Below, piece after piece: positions 52,168-61,351 of a DNA stretch of 64,000 nucleotides (position 1 is its first letter; each line of letters begins with the position of its first letter). Source of the stretch: Candidatus Cloacimonadales bacterium (GTDB taxonomy: Bacteria; Cloacimonadota; Cloacimonadia; Cloacimonadales; JAFGVF01); contig CAXXJV010000002.1 in NCBI GenBank assembly GCA_963663475.2, forward strand, positions 128,001 to 192,000, in the 5' to 3' direction. The translations under genes were made by a program, and so were the position numbers. The notes beneath the pieces are model-generated. The model was not told where the DNA came from, did not search any database, and saw only the letters and a program-made list of their open reading frames with translations.

Positions 52168-53247
52168 ATGCATAGAATTATGAGAAAATTAAACATTCTG
52201 ATAAGTTTGATTTTAATTCTCTTTACTTTTGCATGTGCGGATAAAACTACTTCAACTCAAGCTAGTGAACAAGACCAAGGTCAAATCCCGATAGCAATAT
52301 CTTTAGTTCCTTTAGAAGAGATTGATATTACTGTTACTCAGGCAATAGCTACACTTACAAAGGATAATGATGAAATAAGCCAAGCTCTAACAATTAACCA
52401 GAATACTGCTTTTGCTACTATCAATAATTTAAGTCCAGGAATCTGGCATCTTGAAGTAGAATTGTTTTCTAATGAGTATGCTGTAGCTTTCGGGGAAACT
52501 GATGTAGAAGTCTTTCCTGGTCAAACTTCAGAGGTTAATCTTACCTTAAGACTTAATGACATTACAGGTTCTATTGAAATTCTAGTAGATTGGGAAATTA
52601 ACCAAACTCAGCCTGAACGCTTTTTATTTATAGGAAATTCATACACCTATTATAATGATGGTTTAGAGTACATGTTTAGAAATATTGCTCAATCTAGTTC
52701 AGAAGAATTAACTATTGAAGTTCAATCAATTACTGGTGGTGGACTTACCCTGCAAAATCATTTTCAAAATCATGCTACTCATTCTATGATCTTAAACGGA
52801 AATTGGGATATGGTTATTTTGCAAGAGCAAAGTCAAATGCCTATTTTGGATACTCAATCATTTCTTACCTATGCGAGTAAGTTAGATAGTTTGATAGATA
52901 TTAGTGGGGCTCAAACCTGTTTCTTTATGACCTGGGCAAGAGAATATGATCAAAGCCAAATAAATGGCCTTGCTTCGGCTTACTTACAAGCTGGACAAGA
53001 GCTTGATGCTATTGTAGTACCTGTTGGTCAGATTTTTAATTATGTATATGAAGATGATAATCAGATAAACCTCTACATGGGAGATGGTTCTCATCCTTCT
53101 CTGCATGGTAGCTACCTTGCTGGTCTTACTTTCTATAAAGAATTTTTCAATTATGACCTAAGTGATGTTCTTTATATACCTACAGGAATAAGTATAAATG
53201 AAGCTAATTATCTGAAGGAAAGTGTAGAGAATTGGTATTCGTTTTAA
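52168..53247 (+). CDS. Lipoprotein with SGNH-hydrolase-like domain
   Basis: FA-C lipobox; FIGNSYT, LQEQS, DGSHPS. Confidence 0.8.
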   Translation: MHRIMRKLNILISLILILFTFACADKTTSTQASEQDQGQIPIAISLVPLEEIDITVTQAIATLTKDNDEISQALTINQNTAFATINNLSPGIWHLEVELFSNEYAVAFGETDVEVFPGQTSEVNLTLRLNDITGSIEILVDWEINQTQPERFLFIGNSYTYYNDGLEYMFRNIAQSSSEELTIEVQSITGGGLTLQNHFQNHATHSMILNGNWDMVILQEQSQMPILDTQSFLTYASKLDSLIDISGAQTCFFMTWAREYDQSQINGLASAYLQAGQELDAIVVPVGQIFNYVYEDDNQINLYMGDGSHPSLHGSYLAGLTFYKEFFNYDLSDVLYIPTGISINEANYLKESVENWYSF

Positions 53248-53284
53248 CAAAATAACAATACAAAAATAATATTGGGAGAAAATT

Positions 53285-53644
53285 ATGATAGGAAAACTAG
53301 CTTGGTATGATATACCTGTTTTAGATATGGATAGAGCTTGTAAGTTTTATAGTGAGATTTTTCAAATAGAAATCAAACAAGATTCAGCTGGAGAATACAA
53401 GATGGGGATTTTTCAAACTGAAGGGGCTACTGGAGCTTTAGTGTCAGGTCCAGGATTGACTCCTTCTAAGATTGGTTTTCTACCTTACTTCACAGGTGGG
53501 GAAGATCTAAATAATATCTTGCTTAGGGTGCCTGCAGCTGGGGGGAAAGTTGAATTAGTAAAAACTTCTCTTCAAGATCATGGCTACTATGCAATTTTCC
53601 ATGATACTGAAGGTAATAGACTAGGATTGCACTCTTCCAAATAA
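53285..53644 (+). CDS. VOC/glyoxalase family protein
   Basis: DMDRA.KFY, AAGGKV, DTEGNRLGL. Confidence 0.9.
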   Translation: MIGKLAWYDIPVLDMDRACKFYSEIFQIEIKQDSAGEYKMGIFQTEGATGALVSGPGLTPSKIGFLPYFTGGEDLNNILLRVPAAGGKVELVKTSLQDHGYYAIFHDTEGNRLGLHSSK

Positions 53645-53645
53645 T

Positions 53646-55055
53646 ATGAAAAGGAATACCTACAAGTCTTTTCAATGGTCTCTTTTTACAGCTCTATTTC
53701 GGAAGCTAATTCTCTTTGGTGTTTTTCTCTTAATAGCCAAAGAAATTGGTAAAGAAGACTTAGGTATTTTCCGAGAATTTTCATTAGTTATTGCCATTTT
53801 TGCTTCAATTTCATTTTTTGGTTTTAAAGACCTCTTAATCGTTAAAAAAGAAAGTACTAAATCACTTTTTCAAGAACTTCTTCAATTCTCTATTATTATT
53901 GCCCTTTTTTCTAGTCTGGCCCTCTTCTTGCTTGGTCCACGCATAGGACAATATTATAAGAGTAGCCTTTTAGGAGACTTGCTAGTCAGCTTGAGTCCTC
54001 TGATCGGACTTGAGATTTTTAGACTAGCCTTAAGGAGCTATTATCAGAAGAAACTTAGATTCAAAGCCTTAGCAATTATAGAAACAGTTAATGTCCTAGT
54101 TTATTCTGCTTTAATAATCCTCTTCCTATTCATTAGCTTAGATATTAAATCCTTAATTATTATCTTTTATTTTGGTAATTTAGTGGAATTAATCCTCTTA
54201 CTAGCCATGGAGTCTTCCTTAATGAAAGAAACTCTAGGCAAGGTCTTTTCTTTTAGCCTCTTAAAAGATTTTGCTTTAAGCTATAAGAGGAACAAAAAGT
54301 TTCTGCTAACTGCTAGTTCCAATAATCTACTTTCAATGCTGATCAATGATTTACCAGTCATTGTCTTAGGCATTCTTTTCAACCCTGCCTTGATAGGCTT
54401 ATATTATTTGGCAAATCAACTAATTGGCCAGCCAGTAGTCTTAGCCTGTAATTCACTAGGACAAGTTCTTTTTCCTACTTTTACCTTGATGACAAAAGCA
54501 GAGATTAGGGAGAGAATTGCTAAGTTCTTCAGAATTGTTACCCTCTTAGCTTTTCCACTCTTCTTCCTCTTCGTGATTTATGTTCTAAATCTGGTTCCAC
54601 TTGTGTTAGGTGATAAATGGAATCAAGCCCTTCCTATTGTTAGTATCTTAGCCTTCTCCCTAGCAACTACCATGTTGATGAATCCTATTTCTAGTCTTCC
54701 TTATGTTTTTCAACTTCCCCATATTGAAATGATTTTCATGATTATTAACCTATCAATTAAATCATTGGCTATTTATCTTGGTCATTCTGCTGGTTTCGAA
54801 ACAGCTCTTCTTTACTATGTAATTGCTAGTATGCTGATTCATTTAGTTTTTATATCCCTGGTAACTAAATTACTTGAGGGGTCTATTGTTAAATCTCTTG
54901 TGAGTATCCTAATCAAAAGTATTCCAACCTTGCTTTTAATCCTTATTTATCAACTCTTAGGAGACTGGACTAGCTTCTATAAGCTCCTTTTACTTTCTAT
55001 ACTGATTCTTATATATCTTATAATAGCTAAGCGGTTAGGGGCTTTTAATAAATAG
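53646..55055 (+). CDS. Wzx-type oligosaccharide flippase
   Basis: Many TM helices; GLYYLA, VLFP, LGDKW. Confidence 0.8.
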   Translation: MKRNTYKSFQWSLFTALFRKLILFGVFLLIAKEIGKEDLGIFREFSLVIAIFASISFFGFKDLLIVKKESTKSLFQELLQFSIIIALFSSLALFLLGPRIGQYYKSSLLGDLLVSLSPLIGLEIFRLALRSYYQKKLRFKALAIIETVNVLVYSALIILFLFISLDIKSLIIIFYFGNLVELILLLAMESSLMKETLGKVFSFSLLKDFALSYKRNKKFLLTASSNNLLSMLINDLPVIVLGILFNPALIGLYYLANQLIGQPVVLACNSLGQVLFPTFTLMTKAEIRERIAKFFRIVTLLAFPLFFLFVIYVLNLVPLVLGDKWNQALPIVSILAFSLATTMLMNPISSLPYVFQLPHIEMIFMIINLSIKSLAIYLGHSAGFETALLYYVIASMLIHLVFISLVTKLLEGSIVKSLVSILIKSIPTLLLILIYQLLGDWTSFYKLLLLSILILIYLIIAKRLGAFNK

Positions 55056-55194
55056 TAATAACTAGTATCTTTTTATCCATTTTCTTCTTCACTTTCCCAC
55101 AAAGAAGAGTCTGAATTTAAAAAGAATTAAAAAATACTTTGACAAAATGGTCAAGGGTATTGAAATTGCTTAAATTGAAATTCTAAATGGAGGA

Positions 55195-56550
55195 ATGATG
55201 GCTAAAGGAACCAAGGACCATACATTTTCTTTAGTAGAATACTTAATGATTGTAATGATCGTTGGTATTCTAATTGTATTTATTGTGCCATTTACTCAGG
55301 CTAATCAAGCACAACCAAAAATTAGAGAAATGAAGAATAACGTGAATAGTATCTTGAAGGCATATGACCAAACAGGATTACTTAATGAGCTAAAACTAAG
55401 TGAAATTGAAGATCTTAACCGTGAAGAACTTAACTACTCAATTGGTGTTAATGATTTCTTAAAATATGTTAACTTTGAAAAAGATTTTGCCAAGAAGTAT
55501 CTAAGTTTTACTAAGAAAAAAGATTATCTTAACTTCTTAAAAACTGAAGTTAGACCTCTTGTAAAAGTTGCTTACTTATCAAAATTTGATAAATATGTCA
55601 ATGATGTTAGCTTAGTTAAACTTAATTTTGACTATGATGTACTTCCTAACTTAGGTACTTTCTTAGAAGATGATAAATTCTTTGATTTTTACGATTTAGC
55701 TGAAAGAAGATTTGGTGATTTTGTAACTCCAGGTTTAGAAGAACAATTCAATAATGAGATTATTCAAGTTATTACCTTTATTAAGGGCCTTAAACCAGAA
55801 GATGGATTCTATAACTTAACTTATAATCAAATTAGAAACTTCACTAATATTAATGTAGTTGACCTTAATAAAGTTGAAGATCAATATTTTGCTTATAAAG
55901 TAACTAGAGATTCTACTATTATTGCTGAAACAACTGAGAATTTCGGTAGTAAAGGTGCTCAAATAATCTATAGTATTCAAGATGAAATTTATCAAGTTGG
56001 ACCTAGAAGTGAATACATGGAATTAGGACCTAATTTCTTAGAAGAAAATATTGCTAAACTTCCTGCTCTTAGCCAAGAAAGAGATGCTGCTATTAATAGC
56101 TTTAAAGCATCAATCAAACCTGAGGAATTAGACCTTAATGTTAGTTTAATTTCTGATTCTGATCGTGAATTATTTACTTCTTTTGAAAGCTATATCAAAG
56201 AAAATTTCAAACATCAAGATATTGAGATTTACTCAGAATTCTATAAAAACTTTGATGCTATTATTTCTTCTGCAATTTCTAATAATAAGACTTCTCTAGA
56301 AAATGCTGTTGAAACTCATGATAAAATGAGAAATCCAAGCCAAAAGGCTAAAACTGAAATCACTGAAAGAGTTGATAACTGGGAAAAATTAATTGATGCT
56401 AAAGCAAAACTTGATAACAGAATCAAATCTCTTAACGAAATTAATACTTTGATTAATAAAGTTGAAACTGTTGAAGATTACCAATCTCTTAAAGAAAATT
56501 ATATTAACTCATTTAATGTAATTGATCAAGACTGGTTAATCTTAGAATAA
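55195..56550 (+). CDS. Large protein with a type IV pilin-like N-terminal helix
   Basis: KDHT|FSLVEYLMIVMIVGILIVFIVP (F1, E5, P22); helical body; TTGACA upstream and GGAGG RBS. Confidence 0.6.
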   Translation: MMAKGTKDHTFSLVEYLMIVMIVGILIVFIVPFTQANQAQPKIREMKNNVNSILKAYDQTGLLNELKLSEIEDLNREELNYSIGVNDFLKYVNFEKDFAKKYLSFTKKKDYLNFLKTEVRPLVKVAYLSKFDKYVNDVSLVKLNFDYDVLPNLGTFLEDDKFFDFYDLAERRFGDFVTPGLEEQFNNEIIQVITFIKGLKPEDGFYNLTYNQIRNFTNINVVDLNKVEDQYFAYKVTRDSTIIAETTENFGSKGAQIIYSIQDEIYQVGPRSEYMELGPNFLEENIAKLPALSQERDAAINSFKASIKPEELDLNVSLISDSDRELFTSFESYIKENFKHQDIEIYSEFYKNFDAIISSAISNNKTSLENAVETHDKMRNPSQKAKTEITERVDNWEKLIDAKAKLDNRIKSLNEINTLINKVETVEDYQSLKENYINSFNVIDQDWLILE

Positions 56551-56568
56551 TAAAATTAAGAAGGGTGT

Positions 56569-56889
56569 ATGACTGATAATACTAATACTATCCAGAATTT
56601 CAAGATTAATTTTGATAGTTTATTGAAGTTAGGGTATGGCGTGATTGATGTAAGATATAAAGATTATGATCTTACTTGTGGTGGATTTAAATATATCATT
56701 ACACTTATCGAAAATGATAGAGACACTTTCTATATTGATATGCTTAAACAGTATAGTGGAACTGAATTTAAACAAAATGAAGTTTTAGATGTTTGGAAAA
56801 ATATCTTAGACCATAAAGTTAAAATGTCACAAGTCCTCAATAGAGACGTTTCTATAAAAGTTGCTACTTTAGATTTCCTTGAATCTTAA
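56569..56889 (+). CDS. Hypothetical protein, DUF4032-like C-terminus
   Basis: W..ILDHK..MS....RDV....A.LDF resembles the DUF4032 motif. Confidence 0.5.
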   Translation: MTDNTNTIQNFKINFDSLLKLGYGVIDVRYKDYDLTCGGFKYIITLIENDRDTFYIDMLKQYSGTEFKQNEVLDVWKNILDHKVKMSQVLNRDVSIKVATLDFLES

Positions 56890-56914
56890 AGTAGAAAAAT
56901 GCTATTTAACTTTT

Positions 56915-56937
56915 GAGGGCTTTTATGCCCTCTTTTT
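56915..56937 (+). terminator. Possible intrinsic terminator
   Basis: gagggc-ttttat-gccctc-ttttt. Confidence 0.55.
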
Positions 56938-56950
56938 GTTTGGAGGTTTT

Positions 56951-57352
56951 ATGCTGGAATCTACTCTGCTACTTATTAAAGCTAATGCTGTGAAACATAA
57001 ACATGTAGGCGAAATTATCTCAATTATTGAGAAAGATGGATTCACTATCCAAGATATTAAAATTTTTACATTTGACCAAGAATTAATCAAAAACTTCTAC
57101 AAAGACCATTTAGGTAAGGCTTTCTTTCCTAATCTCCAAGAATTTATGATGTCTGGACCAACCATTGCCCTAAAACTTCAAAGAGATCAAGCAATTATGA
57201 GATTAAGACAACTTAATGGAGATGCTGATCCTGATAAAAGAGAAGCTGGTACTATAAGAGCTCTCTATGCTGATACTATCACTGCTAATGCAGTCCATTC
57301 TTCAGATTCTCAGGCAAATGCAATAAGAGAATTAGCTATTATTTTCCCTTAA
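56951..57352 (+). CDS. ndk: Nucleoside diphosphate kinase
   Basis: FM.SGP, GTIRA, NAVHSSDS; start at ATG 56951 after GGAGG. Confidence 0.93.
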   Translation: MLESTLLLIKANAVKHKHVGEIISIIEKDGFTIQDIKIFTFDQELIKNFYKDHLGKAFFPNLQEFMMSGPTIALKLQRDQAIMRLRQLNGDADPDKREAGTIRALYADTITANAVHSSDSQANAIRELAIIFP

Positions 57353-57449
57353 TCCCAAGTAGTGCAGTAGAACTTTAGTAATACTTCGCTAAAACTAGGT
57401 ATCACAGGTGAAGAGTGCAGAAAAATATGTGCTATTCGCAAAGGTCTAC
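57351..57449 (-). mobile_element. MITE family A, inverted deleted copy at the ndk stop codon
   Basis: aatcccaagtagtgcagtagaacttt...atcacaggtgaagagtgc...gtgctattcgcaaaggtctac. Confidence 0.75.
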
Positions 57450-57457
57450 AATCTCCA

Positions 57458-57544
57458 TCTGAAGTCCCTTACCTAGGGTTGAGGAAGTCCAGTCTACCAA
57501 TATCAGTCCGAAGTCCCTTACCTAGGGTTGAGGAACTCCGGTCT
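57458..57544 (+). repeat. Repeat C, tandem copies 3 and 4
   Basis: gaagtcccttacctagggttgaggaa.tcc.gtct, twice (57458-57495, 57506-57544). Confidence 0.85.
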
Positions 57545-57555
57545 GGTATAAAAGT

Positions 57556-60444
57556 TTATTTCATAAGAATCATTTTATTAGTTTGACTTAACCCCTTGTC
57601 GGTAGTTAATTTGTAAAGATAAAGTCCAGAACTTAACTCTTTGCCCTGCTTATCTTGTCCATCCCATGACATCATATGCTGTCCTGTAGCAAGATTATTT
57701 CTTTTATGGCTATAGACTAGTTGCCCTTTAATATTATAAATCTTTAGGTGGATATCAGCCTTTGTCTTTAAGTAAAAACTAATTGTGGTTGCTGGATTAA
57801 AGGGATTAGGATAGGAAGATAGTCTTAAAGCAGATTCAAGCTGGTTTATCTCATTATCATGATTTGCTACACTCTCATTGAAAGACATTAAAGCTTGGTT
57901 AAGAAAATCTTTAGCTTGGTGATTCTTGATAAAGTAGAGTGGGATAGAGGTAAGTATAACTTGAGAGTTCTCTAGTTCCTTACTAACAGCTACAATATAA
58001 TCATCAAAGTCATTTTGCGGGGAAGTAGTTAAATCTGATTGATAGGTTAACAGATTTTGAACAGAGTCATCATCACTAGTTACAAGGGCTTCTAAACTAA
58101 AAACTCTTCCGTCAAAAGTTGGATAAATTTTATCAGGATCAATTTCTAAGTCTGGAATATCCCAATAGATTGATTGTCCTCTAGCGAACCTAGCAGAAGA
58201 ATTGTTATCTACCTGGTTAATACCAAAGACTTGGTTAGCTAAATCATTTGGGGTGAATGTAGCAGGATAAGTTTCATTGTTTAGTCCTAAGAAACGCAAA
58301 GGATCTGCTGCAGAGATTAAAAGGTTACCGCCTAACTGACTGTAGTTATTTAGGATTGGGACTAATTGAGAATTAGTAGTTGTTGAGAAGGAATTTTTAA
58401 AGATAATAAGGGTAGAGTAGATACCGATAGTTTCAATTTTTATTTCTTCTAAATCACTGGCAAGAATTAAATCATAAGAAAAATCATCAAGACTTTGCTC
58501 ATAGAAGCTCTCAATAGCTGTTTGGGCAGGGAAGAGAAGGTTAGATTCTGAGAAAGTAGTAAAATCTAGGATTCCTATACCTGCATTGAAGCTTAAAGGT
58601 CTGCTGACAATACTTTCAGAATAATCACTTTCATTATCATCAAAATCGTAAGCAGTAACTACATAGTTGTACCAAGAATGGTCTTGAACATCGTTGTCAA
58701 TATAGCTAGTAAGATCATTAGAAATACTTGCTAATAGACTATAATCACTTTCATTTTCTGCTTTTCTATAGATCTTGTAGCCTGCTAAATCTAATTCAGA
58801 ATTAGCCTGCCAAGTAAAGCTAATCTCATTAAGACCTGGTTGATGACTAAAGTTTTCAACTATTCTTGGTCTACTTTGAGGAGTGATAAATCTTGTTTCA
58901 CCAAAAGATATTGAATCGCTCCAGTGGGTGAAAAGTGTTACTTCATAAGGGGTATTATCTTCCAAATCTTCTATTGTATAAGAGTTGGAAATTGTGAAAA
59001 TTGAATTAAGTTCATCAGTAATAAGATTTTTAATATCTAACTTGTATTCTACATCCCATATATTAACTTCATCCCAAGATGCGTTAACGGAAGTTCCTGA
59101 ACCAGTATCTTCAAGGGTGAAGTTCTCAGGAGAAGGCATTAAATTACCTACAGAAATAGCTGTAGATGCTACAAGCTTGATAAATTGGGCAGCATAGTCT
59201 GGATTAGTGTTTTCACTTATGTCTTGGTCTGAATGATAATAGGGAGAGAACTCATACTCAGCAAAGAAAATTGCTTTAAAACCATTAGAATGATAGGCCC
59301 AGCTATCTGACCCAGTAATAGAAGTATCTAGGGCAAAAGTAGTCATATCCAATTCTGAGCTATTAGCAAGGGCTAGATTTGTAAGTCCTTCTGCTCCAGG
59401 ATAGTTTCTTAGAGTAAAGATATAATCATCTGAAGGAGAATTTGAAATCATATCACTGTTGAGCATGGCTACGACATTAACATTATTATCTGCTAAATAC
59501 TCAGCATCATGATAGCCACCAAAAAGACCAAACTCCTCCATAGCAAAAGTAACAAATCTAAGGGAATTATTGAGTTGAATATTGTTTTCTTTTAGAACAC
59601 GAGCTGTTTCTAAAACAGCTGCTGTTCCACTAGCATTATCATCTGCTCCAGGTGCATAAGTATATGCTTCATTTATATTTGGAGTAATTATTGAATCATG
59701 ATGACCACCAATTACTACATATTGGTCAGGAAATACAGATCCTTCTTCAATACAAACTACATTATACTGCCAAGTGTTGTAGTTATTTACATAGAAGGAA
59801 TCTATAGCTACATTTGTGTAGCCAAAACGAGTAAACTGACTAGCTATCCAGTCTGATATTTCTCTTCTATTGTCTAAAAGAGCAAAGCGAGAACCGTAGT
59901 CTTCTAAAGTCTGTATGTAAGAAGCTATTGAATCAGCATTAACAGACTCAAGAACTTGATCAAGATCACGAGTAATATTGGTATCTAAGCTTGTTTGTTT
60001 ACTATAAGAAGAAGCTTTATTACGGTAAAGTTTGGAACTTGTTCTGACAGGTATAAATTTAATTCCTGCCTGGGGAAGGAGATTATCAGGTCTTATTTGT
60101 GCTTTCTCAAGTCTAATTTTATCATTAATTAATATCTCATCTAAATAAGCTTGTTTTTGCAGTTGAAAGCCTGGTTTAGCTGAAATTATATAAAGTGGAG
60201 AAGTATTATTATCACTGGTCAAAAGCCTATAAGGTATTTTAGCTGCATCTAGATCAGCAGTTTCTTGAGGTGAAACTAGCAGGTAATCATCCATCTCAAA
60301 ACAGAGTTTTACATTAAGCTCTTCTAATTTATTTAGTGACTTGTGATCTGTTTTTTGAACTTCTATAATGGTTTGTGAGTCAAGTAAAGTTGAGAAAGAA
60401 CCTACAAAAATTAAAAGTGTTAGCAATAAGCTGTTCTTGGTCAT
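57556..60444 (-). CDS. Secreted M28 peptidase with FN3-like domains and T9SS/FlgD-like CTD
   Basis: GGHHDS, PGADDNASG, MEEFG, NSDMI, YHSDQD; SYPNPFNP...KMILMK. Confidence 0.9.
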   Translation of the reverse strand: MTKNSLLLTLLIFVGSFSTLLDSQTIIEVQKTDHKSLNKLEELNVKLCFEMDDYLLVSPQETADLDAAKIPYRLLTSDNNTSPLYIISAKPGFQLQKQAYLDEILINDKIRLEKAQIRPDNLLPQAGIKFIPVRTSSKLYRNKASSYSKQTSLDTNITRDLDQVLESVNADSIASYIQTLEDYGSRFALLDNRREISDWIASQFTRFGYTNVAIDSFYVNNYNTWQYNVVCIEEGSVFPDQYVVIGGHHDSIITPNINEAYTYAPGADDNASGTAAVLETARVLKENNIQLNNSLRFVTFAMEEFGLFGGYHDAEYLADNNVNVVAMLNSDMISNSPSDDYIFTLRNYPGAEGLTNLALANSSELDMTTFALDTSITGSDSWAYHSNGFKAIFFAEYEFSPYYHSDQDISENTNPDYAAQFIKLVASTAISVGNLMPSPENFTLEDTGSGTSVNASWDEVNIWDVEYKLDIKNLITDELNSIFTISNSYTIEDLEDNTPYEVTLFTHWSDSISFGETRFITPQSRPRIVENFSHQPGLNEISFTWQANSELDLAGYKIYRKAENESDYSLLASISNDLTSYIDNDVQDHSWYNYVVTAYDFDDNESDYSESIVSRPLSFNAGIGILDFTTFSESNLLFPAQTAIESFYEQSLDDFSYDLILASDLEEIKIETIGIYSTLIIFKNSFSTTTNSQLVPILNNYSQLGGNLLISAADPLRFLGLNNETYPATFTPNDLANQVFGINQVDNNSSARFARGQSIYWDIPDLEIDPDKIYPTFDGRVFSLEALVTSDDDSVQNLLTYQSDLTTSPQNDFDDYIVAVSKELENSQVILTSIPLYFIKNHQAKDFLNQALMSFNESVANHDNEINQLESALRLSSYPNPFNPATTISFYLKTKADIHLKIYNIKGQLVYSHKRNNLATGQHMMSWDGQDKQGKELSSGLYLYKLTTDKGLSQTNKMILMK

Positions 60445-60522
60445 ATCATGCTCCTAAGTTATAATTTTTTTAACTAATATAAATATAAAGGGAAACTGCT
60501 CTAAGGCAATTATTAAGAAATC

Positions 60523-61089
60523 CTATTGGCCAATTACTCCAAAGAAAAAGAATCTAAGTAGGTCTTCTGATTGGTCATCAACTGAAGAATAGAAGCTGGA
60601 AAACTCCTTGTCACTCATGGTATCAATCATTACTCTTTTGTAGAGGCAGAGTAGTTTGTCAGCAGTAAATCTTTGCTTAATTCCCATTTTTTCAGACTCA
60701 AAAATAATAAACTGTATCATTCGTTGATTAATATATTCAATTTTCTTTTGGCAGATAGGGTTATCATTTGGTCTAAGAATATTGAGATCTGTATAAAAAA
60801 GTTGAGAATAGCCTGAGTGGTGACTTTTTTTTTGACTTATAAACTTATCAATTTTTTGGGTAAAAGAGGCATCTGAATCAAAGATTTTGATCATTTCCTC
60901 AGTATGTTTATCCATTTGCTTTAGCCACCATTGAAAAAAGCAATCATACTTATCTTTAAAAAACTTATAGAAATTTACCCTATTAATATCTGCTTCTTGA
61001 CATAGCTGTTTAACAGTTATTTTCTTTACACCAAATTCTCTGTATAGTTTATCACAGCTTTCGAATATTTTGTTTTTAATATTTTCCAT
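60523..61089 (-). CDS. TetR/AcrR family regulator
   Basis: GVKKITVKQLCQEADINRVNFYKFFKDK; start 61089 or 61104. Confidence 0.88.
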   Translation of the reverse strand: MENIKNKIFESCDKLYREFGVKKITVKQLCQEADINRVNFYKFFKDKYDCFFQWWLKQMDKHTEEMIKIFDSDASFTQKIDKFISQKKSHHSGYSQLFYTDLNILRPNDNPICQKKIEYINQRMIQFIIFESEKMGIKQRFTADKLLCLYKRVMIDTMSDKEFSSFYSSVDDQSEDLLRFFFFGVIGQ

Positions 61090-61351
61090 GATTTCTCCAA
61101 TCATTTTTTTTCATTTTCTGAAAATACACTTATATGTCAAACAATTTTACAGATATTTTACATTTAAGAAGAATTAAAAAGGTCTAAATATGTAAGTTAC
61201 TGCTTTACATGAAATTATTGCATTACACTTGGGAAACAGTAAAATAACATAAAATTTATAAAATACTGACTTGAAAAATATATAAATTATTGTTTGACAT
61301 ATATTTAGCAATATGAAAAAAGTGTATCAGAAAATAAAAAAGGGAGACATT

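Noticed and set aside
57458-57544. Possible mini CRISPR array
   Set aside because: Only two units with a ~10 bp spacer, no cas genes, and dispersed copies elsewhere.
3172-59197. Short antisense ORFs in the track (e.g. 3172, 4018, 5209, 11687, 16196, 36860, 39646, 44486, 58985)
   Set aside because: They are shadows of well-supported genes on the other strand.
61190-61210. ATGTAA-N9-TTACAT as a TetR operator
   Set aside because: A short AT-rich palindrome is likely by chance; no second copy found.
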